A DNA stretch of 64,000 nucleotides from an uncultured Chitinophagales bacterium (GTDB taxonomy: Bacteria; Bacteroidota; Bacteroidia; Chitinophagales; JADIYW01). Below, one piece after another: positions 10,583-20,390 of this stretch. Within the stretch, counting starts at the first letter, position 1; each line of letters starts with the position of its first letter. The stretch is taken from contig CAZXRF010000004.1 of assembly GCA_964642875.1 (NCBI GenBank), forward strand, positions 7,439 through 71,438, in the 5' to 3' direction. The notes under the pieces were generated by a model that had not been told where the DNA came from, ran no database searches, and saw nothing but the letters and a program-made list of their open reading frames with translations. The translations under genes were made by a program, and so were the position numbers.

Positions 10583-11422
10583 TTATGAACGCATCGCTGA
10601 TAACATATTTCCGTAAATACCGTTTAATTTTTCTAAGTTACCTGCTAAGCCACCCATTTGAGATTTAAATTTCTCTGTATCTGCTAGAGAGCCATCTAAA
10701 TTGGTCATCGCAGTAGATAAATTAGTAATGAATTTATTCATCGTCTTCAAGTGTGTATTAGTGTCTTGCAATTCCATTTCATAAACAGCATTTAAAGCAG
10801 CCAAGTTTTTAGTAGCGCTTTGTACTTGTGCATGGTATTGAGAAGCATCACCAGAGGCTGCTGCTAATTTACCCATGCCATCAGCTGCAGAGGCAAATGA
10901 ATCTTTAACTCCATGTAATGAAGATGCAGCTGCTTTAGCGGCTCCTGCAAATTCATTGGAAGCAACAGTAGCATCTGCCATATTTGATAATTTACCTACT
11001 TGATCAGAGAACCCTTTTAAGCTATCTCCAAATTTGGTCACTAAACTTTGGTCAATTTTTGCTGCTTGTAGCATTTTATCCATTTCTCCTGATAAGCTAC
11101 TTGCTGCTGTAGAACCTATTGCTGTGTGACCATATTTTTCTGAATTTAATTCTGCTTTTTCATCATACACATCTAAACCCGGATATACTTTTTCCCAATA
11201 ATAATCAGGCTCCGGTGGAATAAATCCTGAAATAAAGAAGATTACCGCTTCAGTTAACAAACCTAATGTCAACATGTACGAATAAAATGGAATACCAGCA
11301 ATTTTAGGGTCTGCAATATGTAAAATCTTTGCCCATGCTCCGATAATAACAACTGCTGCACCAACACCGAAAAGTAAGTTTTTTGCTCTTTTACCTGATT
11401 TGGTCTTGAAATAACTTGCCAT
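10583..11422 (-). CDS. gldL: Gliding motility / T9SS protein GldL (PorL)
   Basis: Two N-terminal TM helices (LLFGVGAAVVIIGAWAKILH ...) followed by a cytoplasmic coiled region. Positioned between gldK and gldM. Confidence 0.9.
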   Translation of the reverse strand: MASYFKTKSGKRAKNLLFGVGAAVVIIGAWAKILHIADPKIAGIPFYSYMLTLGLLTEAVIFFISGFIPPEPDYYWEKVYPGLDVYDEKAELNSEKYGHTAIGSTAASSLSGEMDKMLQAAKIDQSLVTKFGDSLKGFSDQVGKLSNMADATVASNEFAGAAKAAASSLHGVKDSFASAADGMGKLAAASGDASQYHAQVQSATKNLAALNAVYEMELQDTNTHLKTMNKFITNLSTAMTNLDGSLADTEKFKSQMGGLAGNLEKLNGIYGNMLSAMRS

Positions 11423-11486
11423 AATGATTTTTTTTTATTTGGTTAGTTTTATAAAATTTAAACGAAAAAATTTATTTAATATTATT

Positions 11487-12788
11487 TTATTTACCGAAAT
11501 CATGCATAGATCTACCCATGAATGGTAATAAACATCTGAAACCTACGTATGATTTTGCTGAGTCTTGGTATTCATAAGATTTTGTACCACATTGTAAGAA
11601 GTATGCAATATCCTTCCAAGAGCCGCCTCTTATTACTTTTCGTTTCATAACGTTTGGTTCTTCTTCTTTAGCATCATAGCGGAAATCTGGTTGTTTGTCA
11701 TGGATAAATGCGTTCGCATCATCTTCATACGCTGTAGAAGTCCATTCTGCTACATTTCCTGCCATATTGTATAAGCCGTAGTCATTAGGCCAGTATGATT
11801 TTGCATTTACAGTATAGAATCCGCCATCCTCAGGATAGTTTCCTCTTCCTGGTTTAAAGTTGGCTAACAAGCAGCCTTTTGTATTTCTGATGTAAGGGCC
11901 GCCCCAAGGGTATGGAGATAAGTTTCTACCACCACGTGCAGCATATTCCCATTCATATTCTGTTGGAAGACGGAATTGATCCAAAGGTGCTTCTTTTTTA
12001 GTTGCTCTATAATTATTCCACATTAATGTTCTCCAAGCACAGAAAGCATTACTCTGGTCCCAAGTTACACCCACTACTGGATAGTCGTCATAAGCAGGGT
12101 GAGTGAAATAAGTTCTTGTCATTGGTTCATTGTAAGAATAGGAGAAATCTCTAATCCATACCATTTCATCTGGATAGATAGATATTTTCTTTTTCTCCAT
12201 GAAAGAACTTCTTGGTTTTTGATCTTTATCGGTAGGGCGTTGCTGTGCCGCTTCTTTCCATTTAAACCAAGTATATTCGTATTGTAATTTACGTGGGTCT
12301 ATTTCTTTTTTACCATTGATACGGTCAGCTTCGGAGTAGAACATTGGATCTAATTGTGCACCTTCTTCTGTTACGCTTGTTCCATTATTCCAATCCATAT
12401 CAATAGGCATATCCCAATTGATAGCTTGTTTGCCAGCATCTCCTTCTTTTAAGTGGTCGCCTCCTAACATTTGGTGAGCGATAGAGTCTCTAACGTACTC
12501 AACAAATTGACGGTACTCGTTATTTGTAATTTCCGTTTCATCCATGTAAAAACCTACGATGGATAGTTGTTTCATCTTGGTATTAAATGCATAATTCACA
12601 TCTTGGTCAGATGGTCCTGTATGAAATACACCGGATGGTATATACACCATTCCATAAGGCAATAAATTGTTGTCCCATTTCGGGCGATCCTGAGAACCGA
12701 TGAGCTGACCATCTGTTCCACTTCCACCTTTACAACTAGCCAACAATGCAGCAATTACTGCAATAAACGAAATTTTTAACTTATTCAT
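11487..12788 (-). CDS. gldK: Gliding motility lipoprotein GldK (PorK), FGE/SUMF1-like fold
   Basis: Lipoprotein signal (LLASCKGG), sulfatase-modifying-factor-like motifs (AGNVAEWT, RGGSW). First gene of the KLMN set. Confidence 0.9.
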   Translation of the reverse strand: MNKLKISFIAVIAALLASCKGGSGTDGQLIGSQDRPKWDNNLLPYGMVYIPSGVFHTGPSDQDVNYAFNTKMKQLSIVGFYMDETEITNNEYRQFVEYVRDSIAHQMLGGDHLKEGDAGKQAINWDMPIDMDWNNGTSVTEEGAQLDPMFYSEADRINGKKEIDPRKLQYEYTWFKWKEAAQQRPTDKDQKPRSSFMEKKKISIYPDEMVWIRDFSYSYNEPMTRTYFTHPAYDDYPVVGVTWDQSNAFCAWRTLMWNNYRATKKEAPLDQFRLPTEYEWEYAARGGRNLSPYPWGGPYIRNTKGCLLANFKPGRGNYPEDGGFYTVNAKSYWPNDYGLYNMAGNVAEWTSTAYEDDANAFIHDKQPDFRYDAKEEEPNVMKRKVIRGGSWKDIAYFLQCGTKSYEYQDSAKSYVGFRCLLPFMGRSMHDFGK

Positions 12789-12893
12789 CTTAGTTGTTTA
12801 CGTTTTTTTCCTAAAATTAGACGTAAAAATAATAAAAACAATGTTTCGTTGTACGTCTTTTCTAATATTTTAATTAAAATGTTAATAATCTCT

Positions 12894-13868
12894 TTACAAA
12901 AACCTTGGGTTGTTGATTACTTTAGGGTTGTTATAAATTTTACTATTTGGTAAAAAATACTTCAAGGTAATTTCATGAGATCCTTTATTTACCAAATTTA
13001 ATTTGTTTAAAGATACGTCATAGCTATAAACTATGCAAATATTTTTTATCGGACCAAAAGTAATTATTGGTGATAACGATTCAAAAGCTCTTTTATTATA
13101 TCCTCTGGCATTTAATCCTACGCTTAAATAGTTTTTATATCCTGCTAAAACACTTATATCTGTTTGCAATTCTTTAAAATCTGTGGTGATAATTATAGAT
13201 GGGCGAATGGAAAAATTTTCTCCTACTTTTATATTACTGCTGATATAAGTTTGAAATACACTCCCATATTTTGGTTTTAATGTATTAGATGTGCCTTTAA
13301 ATTTATCCGACAAATTAATGATGTTGGTATAGTTTATTCCAACTTCTATATGTTTATGAAAAATAGCGACTCCTAGGGTCATATCTGGTCGAATACTTTT
13401 TTGTTGTAAATTAGAAAGGTAATCGTCATTTAGATTGCCGCCACTACCTTCTGGGGTTACAATTTTACTTCCATCAAGTTTAGAAAAAATTGCGCCAGCG
13501 TTAATACCGATTGCTATTTTTACTTTGTGTTTGATGTCTTGAATGAAAGTATAACCTGCTTTAAATGAAGTGTTGTTAAATGCCCCTAACCTATCATTAG
13601 TGATACTAAAACCTACACCGCCATGAATTTGAGAAAATTTAGCATCTGCAACTATATTTACAGTTTGTGGTTGTCCTTCTAATTTTGCCCATTGATGCCG
13701 ATAATTTGCAGCGAAATTAAATCCGTCTTGACTGCCATAAAACGCAGGGTTACTGACTGACGGGTTGAACATATAATGCGAAGTCGTCTGTTGTATTTGC
13801 GCATAGGATATTATTGTTGTGAGCAGGCAAAACAAAATACTTGTTATCTTTTTAGCGCGGATAGACAT
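12894..13868 (-). CDS. porP: PorP/SprF-family T9SS outer-membrane protein
   Basis: After the signal peptide the sequence reads QQTTSHYMFNPSVSNPAFYG, matching the PorP/SprF N-terminal signature. It has a beta-barrel-like alternating pattern and sits directly upstream of gldK, as porP does in porP-porKLMN loci. Start moved to the ATG at 13868 (MSIRAKK). Confidence 0.8.
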   Translation of the reverse strand: MSIRAKKITSILFCLLTTIISYAQIQQTTSHYMFNPSVSNPAFYGSQDGFNFAANYRHQWAKLEGQPQTVNIVADAKFSQIHGGVGFSITNDRLGAFNNTSFKAGYTFIQDIKHKVKIAIGINAGAIFSKLDGSKIVTPEGSGGNLNDDYLSNLQQKSIRPDMTLGVAIFHKHIEVGINYTNIINLSDKFKGTSNTLKPKYGSVFQTYISSNIKVGENFSIRPSIIITTDFKELQTDISVLAGYKNYLSVGLNARGYNKRAFESLSPIITFGPIKNICIVYSYDVSLNKLNLVNKGSHEITLKYFLPNSKIYNNPKVINNPRFL

Positions 13869-13936
13869 ATTGTAAAAATAGAAAAGAAATTTTAATAACG
13901 GCAAATTGTTTATATAAAATTATGCTTGTTCTATTT

Positions 13937-15034
13937 TCATTTCTTATTAGATTGGGATATGTATTTTCTTATTGCATCTACTAGTGATGGAGTTTCAGGA
14001 GTTGGTGCAAAAACATTGATATTTAGCTTATGTGTTTTTACTGCTTCGGCGGTGGTGTTACCGAATATTGCCAAACGGGTGGCATCTTGGCTAAAATCCG
14101 GAAAATTATCGTACAGCGAGTCAATTGCCGAGGGGTTAAAAAACACTAACATATCATATTTTACATCGCTTAAATCTGACAAATTGCTGGCAACAGTTTT
14201 ATAGATAACTGCTTCACTGTATTCGATATTGTATTTGTGTAATGCTTCGGCTAATGCTTTATCGCGCACATCGGAGCAAGGCAATAAAAACTTACCGTCT
14301 TCCTTATGTTTTAGGATTACTTCCATCAGTTTTGGCAATCGGCCATCGCCAAAAAATACTTTTCGTTTTCTATATTGAATAAATTTTTGCAGATACAATG
14401 CTATAGCTTCATTGTTGCAGAAATATTTATTGTCTTCACTAATTTTTATGCGTAGTTCTTCGCATATTCTAAAGTATTGTTCGATAGCAATTCTGCTAGT
14501 AAATATAACACAAGAAAATTGTTCAATATAGATTTTATCTTTTCTAAAATCCGGTGCTTTAATTCCTTCAACATGTGTAAATGGTCTCCAATCTAATTTG
14601 ATATTGAATTGTTGAGCCAAGTCGATGTATGGTGATTTTCCAGATTCTGGTTTAGGTTGGGAAATTAGAATAGACTTAACAGGTTTTAGTTTATTCTGTG
14701 CTACAATCTCGGGTAGTGGTTTTGTCTCAATCACAATTTTTTTATCATGCTTCGAGGGCGTCTTTGCTCCTTGTGGGGTTTCAATAATTATTTTGGATTT
14801 CACAGACTTAGGTATTACAACTTTTTCGATATCTACTGTTTTTTCTTGTTTTGTAGTTGCCGGTTTTTTCAACTTCTTTTCTGGTACATTTTTTTCAGAA
14901 GTCTTTTTTACTGTAAGTTTCGTTTTTGTTACAGTAGTCGATTTTTTAGATGCTGCTTTTTTAGGTGCGGCAATTGATTTTTCAGTGTTTTTAGTAGAAG
15001 TAATACTTTTTCTTTCTCCCGATTTTTTTGCCAT
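13937..15034 (-). CDS. Uroporphyrinogen-III synthase (HemD)-like protein with a polybasic N-terminal extension of about 118 aa
   Basis: The C-terminal ~245 aa (SILISQPKPESGKSPYIDL ... FGNTTAEAV) resemble Bacteroidota HemD-like proteins. The N-terminal part is K/T/S/P-rich. I see no ATG/GTG/TTG near the canonical domain start. Confidence 0.65.
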   Translation of the reverse strand: MAKKSGERKSITSTKNTEKSIAAPKKAASKKSTTVTKTKLTVKKTSEKNVPEKKLKKPATTKQEKTVDIEKVVIPKSVKSKIIIETPQGAKTPSKHDKKIVIETKPLPEIVAQNKLKPVKSILISQPKPESGKSPYIDLAQQFNIKLDWRPFTHVEGIKAPDFRKDKIYIEQFSCVIFTSRIAIEQYFRICEELRIKISEDNKYFCNNEAIALYLQKFIQYRKRKVFFGDGRLPKLMEVILKHKEDGKFLLPCSDVRDKALAEALHKYNIEYSEAVIYKTVASNLSDLSDVKYDMLVFFNPSAIDSLYDNFPDFSQDATRLAIFGNTTAEAVKTHKLNINVFAPTPETPSLVDAIRKYISQSNKK

Positions 15035-15046
15035 TTTTCACGTTTT

Positions 15047-15916
15047 TTAAACGATGTTATTCAAGATATATTTTACCAAAATCAGAAATGGTATAATCTT
15101 GAACGCGCAAATATACAAAAAAAAATGAAGCTTGTGATTTATACGCATATTGCTTATTAGTTGATAACTCCTTATGATGTTGAAAACCAAATAAGCGCTA
15201 ACTGACAGTACTAAAATTGTTAGCATAAAACTATATAAAATATTAGAATTATATATATATACAATAAAAACAATCAATAGAAAAATGGAAAGTAAAAACT
15301 CTGCGAATAAGTTGGATAAAAAAGATGCATTAAATATATCTAATGTACCAATTACCCTATTGAATAAATATTCTATAGTGTTTTTTACTATGAAAAAGGT
15401 ACTAAGTAATATCCATATATTAAAAAATATTTTCAAATGGAAGTTAATAAAATCGTCTTTTTGAAAATAATTAATTCCGATATAAACCACTAAAGATAAA
15501 ATAGAAATTTTATATATATATATTAAAAGTATTGCTAATACAGAATCATATTTTTTAGATTTATAGAAAATATAAAATTTTTTTTTGCTAGTCAACCCTT
15601 CTAGTACTGAATAAAAAAAATCATCGAACATTACTCTAATAAAGACCAATAGCAGTAAAAAAACTGTTGTTACATACAGAAATACAAGGCTTTTAACGGG
15701 ATGTTTCTGGGTTTGCACAATAATATTCTTACCTGCCGCTTTATGAATATCCGTAGCCTTTATCACTTTCATCCATTTTACGGTATCTACATTATTTTTG
15801 AGGATAGAATCCAAAAAATAGGGATTTGTATTGGAGGTATCAGTTTGAGAATAAGCTATAAATGGTATTGCCATTATAGTCAATAATATAACAAAACGGC
15901 TAGAACGTAGCCACAT
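15047..15916 (-). CDS. DUF4271-like polytopic membrane protein
   Basis: Signal/TM segment followed by several I/L/F-rich TM segments. As I recall, this family usually sits next to the HemD-like gene in Bacteroidota. Start moved to the ATG at 15916 (MWLRSS), leaving a 17-nt overlap with the upstream ORF. Confidence 0.5.
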   Translation of the reverse strand: MWLRSSRFVILLTIMAIPFIAYSQTDTSNTNPYFLDSILKNNVDTVKWMKVIKATDIHKAAGKNIIVQTQKHPVKSLVFLYVTTVFLLLLVFIRVMFDDFFYSVLEGLTSKKKFYIFYKSKKYDSVLAILLIYIYKISILSLVVYIGINYFQKDDFINFHLKIFFNIWILLSTFFIVKNTIEYLFNRVIGTLDIFNASFLSNLFAEFLLSIFLLIVFIVYIYNSNILYSFMLTILVLSVSAYLVFNIIRSYQLISNMRINHKLHFFLYICAFKIIPFLILVKYILNNIV

Positions 15917-17636
15917 ATCCAAAGTGTAATTTCGAATTTCGAAAATCAACGGTTTTATACTTTTGCTGTCCGAGTGCATACGTGAGTCCAAAAATACCAA
16001 TTTTAGTTTCAAAAGTAATACCTGTACCAAATCCAAATGGAAAATCTTGGAATACTGTATTATTAAATTTTCTATGAATATATGCAGCGTCTATAAAAAC
16101 AAAAAAATACGAATTGCGCATAATCATATATCTATATTCTAAAGTAGCCACATTATAGGCATCTGTATAAATGGATTGTTCGTCAAAACCACGTAGCAGC
16201 CGGCTTCCACCTATCCGCAATAATTCATTTTTCAATAAATTAGAATTAAATACTGCCCCTCCATTTACGCCAAATTTCAAGATATTTTTTTTCTTTTTGC
16301 CTAAGGGTAAATAATAGTTTCCTAACCAAAATAAATCTGCTTTTATAGTTTTGCGTTTTATACTATCATATAAAGTCGAATAATCAAAGTTTCCTGCTGC
16401 ATCTTGCAATGATGTAATTTGTGTGTTGAGTTTTATTTTTTTCGTACCCACAGAGGTAGTCAACTTCATTTCATACCCTTTTTGCGGGTTAAATAAATAA
16501 TCTAAATGTTCGTAATAAGCTTGTATTCCATATTGGTTGTAGGTGGCATCTAAGTTGGTCGGCAGTTTTTTATTAAGCTTAGCATAAGATGTATCTGCCG
16601 ACAAAATAATAGTTTGAAAATATTTGTAAAACCCTTTGATGTAATTATTGGACTTGGTGATATATGGCAAACCTAACTGCCAAGCTAAATCTAAAGAAGA
16701 GGAATCGCGTTTTTCTAAATTAAATGTAAAATTGACTCCGATTGGCGCATTTAATAAATAAGGATAATTAAACCGAACATCTAATAATTGCGACTGTCTT
16801 TGTAATTTCCTCCATTCTAAATATATTTCTTCGCCTCGCTTAAATGCATTTTGCAAATGCAATCGTACCTCCCCTGTGATTAATATTTTGCCATTATTAC
16901 TCCCTGGCAAAAAGCCTATTAAAAAATCAAAAGAATTGACTTTTCGTTTATCTAAATACAAATGTATATCGGCTTTATTATCTCTAAATGAAATGGTGCT
17001 GGGCTGCCGGATAGTAGCATAAGGCAGCTTCTGCAATAATTTATCCATTTGCTGTATGCGTATTTCATTATAGGGTTGTTTGGTTTTTAGCAAAATATAA
17101 TTCTGAATAAACCCTTTGGTGAGCTTAGAAGTACCGTGATTTAAAAAGCTATCTATAGTTATCAACTTTCCTTTATCTACGGTATATTTCACTCTTAAAG
17201 AACTATCGCTCAACTGAACACTATCGGAAATAACTTTTGCAAAAGGATAACCATTATTTTCTAAATTCTGAATGATTTTTTCCTTAGTAGTTTCCATACC
17301 AAAAATATCTGTAGAAATAACAGAATTGTTTTTGCGTTTTTGTCGGTCTTGGGTTGGTAACTCAACAGCATATTTCTTACCTAAATGCAGTATTACAAAC
17401 ATCGAATCATTGCGAACAATCGCGCTATCAAACGAGGCTTCGAGGTATCCTTTTGTGATAAGCAGCTGCTGCGAAATTTTTAAATATTTAATTGCGTCAT
17501 TGGTATTTTTAAACGATTGTTGTTGTTTAAGCTTTATAGAAGTATCTTGTTTTTTTATAAATAACAATACATTTTGTGCATACACAGTGTGCATGAAAAA
17601 AAACAGTGATAGTATTTGGAAAATTTTAATTTTCAA
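15900..17636 (-). CDS. Omp85/BamA-TamA-family outer-membrane protein
   Basis: Signal peptide (MHTVYAQ), POTRA-like N-terminal part, C-terminal beta-barrel ending in ...HFGYVATF (terminal aromatic residue). Confidence 0.65.
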   Translation of the reverse strand: MKIKIFQILSLFFFMHTVYAQNVLLFIKKQDTSIKLKQQQSFKNTNDAIKYLKISQQLLITKGYLEASFDSAIVRNDSMFVILHLGKKYAVELPTQDRQKRKNNSVISTDIFGMETTKEKIIQNLENNGYPFAKVISDSVQLSDSSLRVKYTVDKGKLITIDSFLNHGTSKLTKGFIQNYILLKTKQPYNEIRIQQMDKLLQKLPYATIRQPSTISFRDNKADIHLYLDKRKVNSFDFLIGFLPGSNNGKILITGEVRLHLQNAFKRGEEIYLEWRKLQRQSQLLDVRFNYPYLLNAPIGVNFTFNLEKRDSSSLDLAWQLGLPYITKSNNYIKGFYKYFQTIILSADTSYAKLNKKLPTNLDATYNQYGIQAYYEHLDYLFNPQKGYEMKLTTSVGTKKIKLNTQITSLQDAAGNFDYSTLYDSIKRKTIKADLFWLGNYYLPLGKKKKNILKFGVNGGAVFNSNLLKNELLRIGGSRLLRGFDEQSIYTDAYNVATLEYRYMIMRNSYFFVFIDAAYIHRKFNNTVFQDFPFGFGTGITFETKIGIFGLTYALGQQKYKTVDFRNSKLHFGYVATF

Positions 17637-17658
17637 TTAAACCTATTCAGTAATTTCT

Positions 17659-17666
17659 CAAAGTTA
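17659..17666 (-). promoter_or_regulatory. Bacteroidota-type -7 promoter box for the minus-strand cluster
   Basis: TAACTTTG on the minus strand, 22 nt upstream of the ATG at 17636. Confidence 0.3.
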
Positions 17667-17702
17667 TCAATTATTACGTATTCCTCATTACCTTGCAGCA
17701 TA

Positions 17703-18842
17703 ATGGCAGGAATTTATTTACATATTCCATTCTGTAAGCAGGCTTGCGCCTACTGCAACTTCCATTTTTCTACTTTACTAAAATACAAAGAAAGTGTTTT
17801 AAGTGCGATGCTTCAAGAATTAGAAATACGCAAAGATTTCTTTCCTGAAAAAACGCAAATTGATACTATTTATTTTGGCGGAGGTACGCCCAGTCTGCTT
17901 TCTGTAAATGAAATTAACACATTAATACAACAAATATATAGATTATTTACTGTTACGGAACAGCCTGAAATTACCTTAGAAGCCAACCCCGATGACTTAA
18001 CGAAAGCGTATTTACAAACTTTAAAAAAACAAACGCCTATTAATCGATTCAGCATCGGTATTCAATCATTTTGGGAAGAAGACCTTCGCTACATGAATAG
18101 GGCACATAATGCTGAAGAAGCTATGCGCTGCATTCAGCAGGCACAGCAAGCAGGTTTCGACAATCTTTCAATAGACTTAATTTATGGAACACCAACGCTA
18201 AGCAATGAGCAGTGGCGGAAAAATTTACAAACCACTTTTGATTTACAAGTTCCTCATATTTCTTGTTACGCTTTAACGGTAGAAAACAAAACCGCACTGT
18301 CCGCTGAAATAAAAAAAAAGAAAAAAGCTGCTGTTGATGATGAATTGATGGTGCAACAATTTTCGATTTTATTAGAAGAAATAAAGCGGAATGGCTACTT
18401 GCAGTATGAGATTTCCAATTTCTGTAAACCTCCACATTTTGCGCAGCACAACACCAATTACTGGAGAGGAATTTCATATTTAGGTATTGGACCTAGTGCA
18501 CATTCGTTTGACGGAAAAACTAGGTATTGGAATGTAAATAACAATACCATTTACATAAATAAAATAAATACAAATGAACCTACATATGAGCAAGAAATAT
18601 TATCTGAAAGTGAAAGATATAACGAATATGTGATGACTTCTTTGCGTACTGTTTTTGGTGTAGCTATCAAAAAGATAAATCATGATTTTGGCGATATTTA
18701 TGTTCGACATTTCCAATTAGAAATAGCTCCATTTATAGAAAAAAAATGGGTAGAATGTACAGATGAAATTTATACTTTAACGGATTTGGGGAAATTATTT
18801 TGTGATTTTATTACAGAAGAATTATTTATTATAAAAAATTAA
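17703..18842 (+). CDS. hemW: Radical SAM heme chaperone HemW (HemN-like, oxygen-independent coproporphyrinogen oxidase family)
   Basis: MAGIYLHIPFCKQACAYCNFHF carries the CxxxCxxC radical-SAM motif at the N-terminus. The track start at 17616 adds 29 non-conserved residues, so I used the ATG at 17703. Confidence 0.8.
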   Translation: MAGIYLHIPFCKQACAYCNFHFSTLLKYKESVLSAMLQELEIRKDFFPEKTQIDTIYFGGGTPSLLSVNEINTLIQQIYRLFTVTEQPEITLEANPDDLTKAYLQTLKKQTPINRFSIGIQSFWEEDLRYMNRAHNAEEAMRCIQQAQQAGFDNLSIDLIYGTPTLSNEQWRKNLQTTFDLQVPHISCYALTVENKTALSAEIKKKKKAAVDDELMVQQFSILLEEIKRNGYLQYEISNFCKPPHFAQHNTNYWRGISYLGIGPSAHSFDGKTRYWNVNNNTIYINKINTNEPTYEQEILSESERYNEYVMTSLRTVFGVAIKKINHDFGDIYVRHFQLEIAPFIEKKWVECTDEIYTLTDLGKLFCDFITEELFIIKN

Positions 18843-18851
18843 AACAGCTTT

Positions 18852-19286
18852 ATGAAAGGAACTAAAGAAATGTATTTTAATATTTTCAACGAGTTAATTC
18901 CATTTAATAAATACATCGGATTGGAATTGGAAACATTGAGCGAAGGTTATGCTAAAGCGAGCATAAAATTCAAACCCGAATTGATGGGAGATGCCAGAAT
19001 ACAAGCAATACATGGTGGGGTAATTTCAGCAGCGATGGATGCAGTGGGTGGCATAGCAGGCATAGCTACTTTAAGTTCTTTCGAAGATAAAATTGTAACC
19101 GTAGATATGCGGGTAGATTACATCCGCTCGGCACGCAATACCGATTTGATTATAGAAGCACGCATAGTGCGCAGCGGTAATAGAATCATTACTACCAACA
19201 TGCAAGTTTTTGCTGCCACAGATGCTACCTTAGTAGCCGAAGGAAGAGGCGTATATCATGTAAGTAGAAAGAAAAAAGAAGAATAG
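18852..19286 (+). CDS. PaaI-family hotdog-fold thioesterase
   Basis: 144 aa with the HGGVISAAMDAVGG motif typical of PaaI/4HBT thioesterases. Confidence 0.75.
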   Translation: MKGTKEMYFNIFNELIPFNKYIGLELETLSEGYAKASIKFKPELMGDARIQAIHGGVISAAMDAVGGIAGIATLSSFEDKIVTVDMRVDYIRSARNTDLIIEARIVRSGNRIITTNMQVFAATDATLVAEGRGVYHVSRKKKEE

Positions 19287-19298
19287 CTATTGGGTAAG

Positions 19299-20297
19299 TT
19301 AGTAGATAAATAAATAAAGTATGTAAAGTAAAAATAGGAAAAATAAAAACCTACATTTCCATAAATTAAGCGTTAGTTTATTGCCCATCCATAATAGTAC
19401 GGCAATTAGTAATGTACCACCAATCAAAATAAAAATATCTACATTGAATCGTGGATTGAATTGTATGGGTTGAATGAATGCCGCTACACCTAATATTCCG
19501 AGTAAATTCAACATATTTTGCCCTAATAAATTACTCACTTCAAATTTAGAGCGATGTGTTTTGGTTATCATTATCCAATACATCATCACTATAGAGCCGC
19601 CTAAAGACAGAACAAACTGCCCTAAAAACCGCTGTGACATATTGTATTTCCTAGATACATCTATCAAATTATCTATCACCAAAACACCACCGGCAACCAG
19701 TCCAACAATGCCAACTATAATCAATAAAAAAGACACCCAAACAGCATAGTACGTTGGTGTTTCTATTTCAGTTTCATCAAACCAAATTGTCTGATGCTTT
19801 TTAATATTAAAATAGCCATACGTCATAAAAATAACAAATGCGATAAGTAATATAATAGCATTATTTTTTGTAATAAAAAGTGTTTGGGAAGTGACAGAAA
19901 ATGTAGGATAATTTATCAATACAAATAACAACAATGCACTAATCACCACAGACATTATCCCAATAGATGCTGTATTTTTATTGGCTCTAATCGGTCTAAA
20001 AAAACCTGTAATGCTTAGCACGCCCAACAGATTAAAAATACAACTTCCAATTATTGTTCCCAGCATTAAATCGAAATAGCCATTATATGCTGCTAACAAT
20101 ACTGTAAATGCTTTAGGCAATGAAGTACCTAATGCTACTACTGTAAAGCTAATCATCGATTCGGGGATTTGAAGGCGACGAGCAATAGAAGCTGTGCCAT
20201 CTATCAACAACCCGGAACCTCTATTGAGTAAAAAGAAACCAATAAAAAGTAATGGAATATTTAACAACAAAGTAAGGTGCTGAATCTGCATAATCAA
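19299..20297 (-). CDS. Calcium/sodium antiporter (CaCA / YrbG family)
   Basis: Polytopic protein with two alpha-repeat-like segments (GTSLPKAF ... ; second half GGSIVMMY...). 332 aa. Confidence 0.75.
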   Translation of the reverse strand: MIMQIQHLTLLLNIPLLFIGFFLLNRGSGLLIDGTASIARRLQIPESMISFTVVALGTSLPKAFTVLLAAYNGYFDLMLGTIIGSCIFNLLGVLSITGFFRPIRANKNTASIGIMSVVISALLLFVLINYPTFSVTSQTLFITKNNAIILLIAFVIFMTYGYFNIKKHQTIWFDETEIETPTYYAVWVSFLLIIVGIVGLVAGGVLVIDNLIDVSRKYNMSQRFLGQFVLSLGGSIVMMYWIMITKTHRSKFEVSNLLGQNMLNLLGILGVAAFIQPIQFNPRFNVDIFILIGGTLLIAVLLWMGNKLTLNLWKCRFLFFLFLLYILYLFIY

Positions 20298-20333
20298 TAT
20301 TACGAAACTATTTGAAAAATGAAGCTATAAATA

Positions 20334-20359
20334 AAAAAATAGCCAGCAAAGCCAGCTAT
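20334..20359 (-). terminator. Possible terminator after the TonB-dependent receptor gene
   Basis: Imperfect hairpin tagccagc-aaa-gccagcta, followed on the minus strand by a T-run (plus-strand A-run 20334..20340). Confidence 0.3.
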
Positions 20360-20390
20360 TTTAAGTTTATTAATTTATCTTTTTTATACG

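Noticed and set aside
12819-12858. Inverted repeat agacgta ... tacgtct between porP and gldK, considered as an internal terminator or attenuator.
   Set aside because: It has 7-bp arms, a 26-nt loop and no following T-run on the coding strand, so it is too weak to call.
14625-15050. Plus-strand ORFs (141 aa and 76 aa) rich in Phe/Ser/Val.
   Set aside because: They are antisense artefacts of the Lys-rich N-terminal extension of the HemD-like gene. They have no start context or downstream partner.
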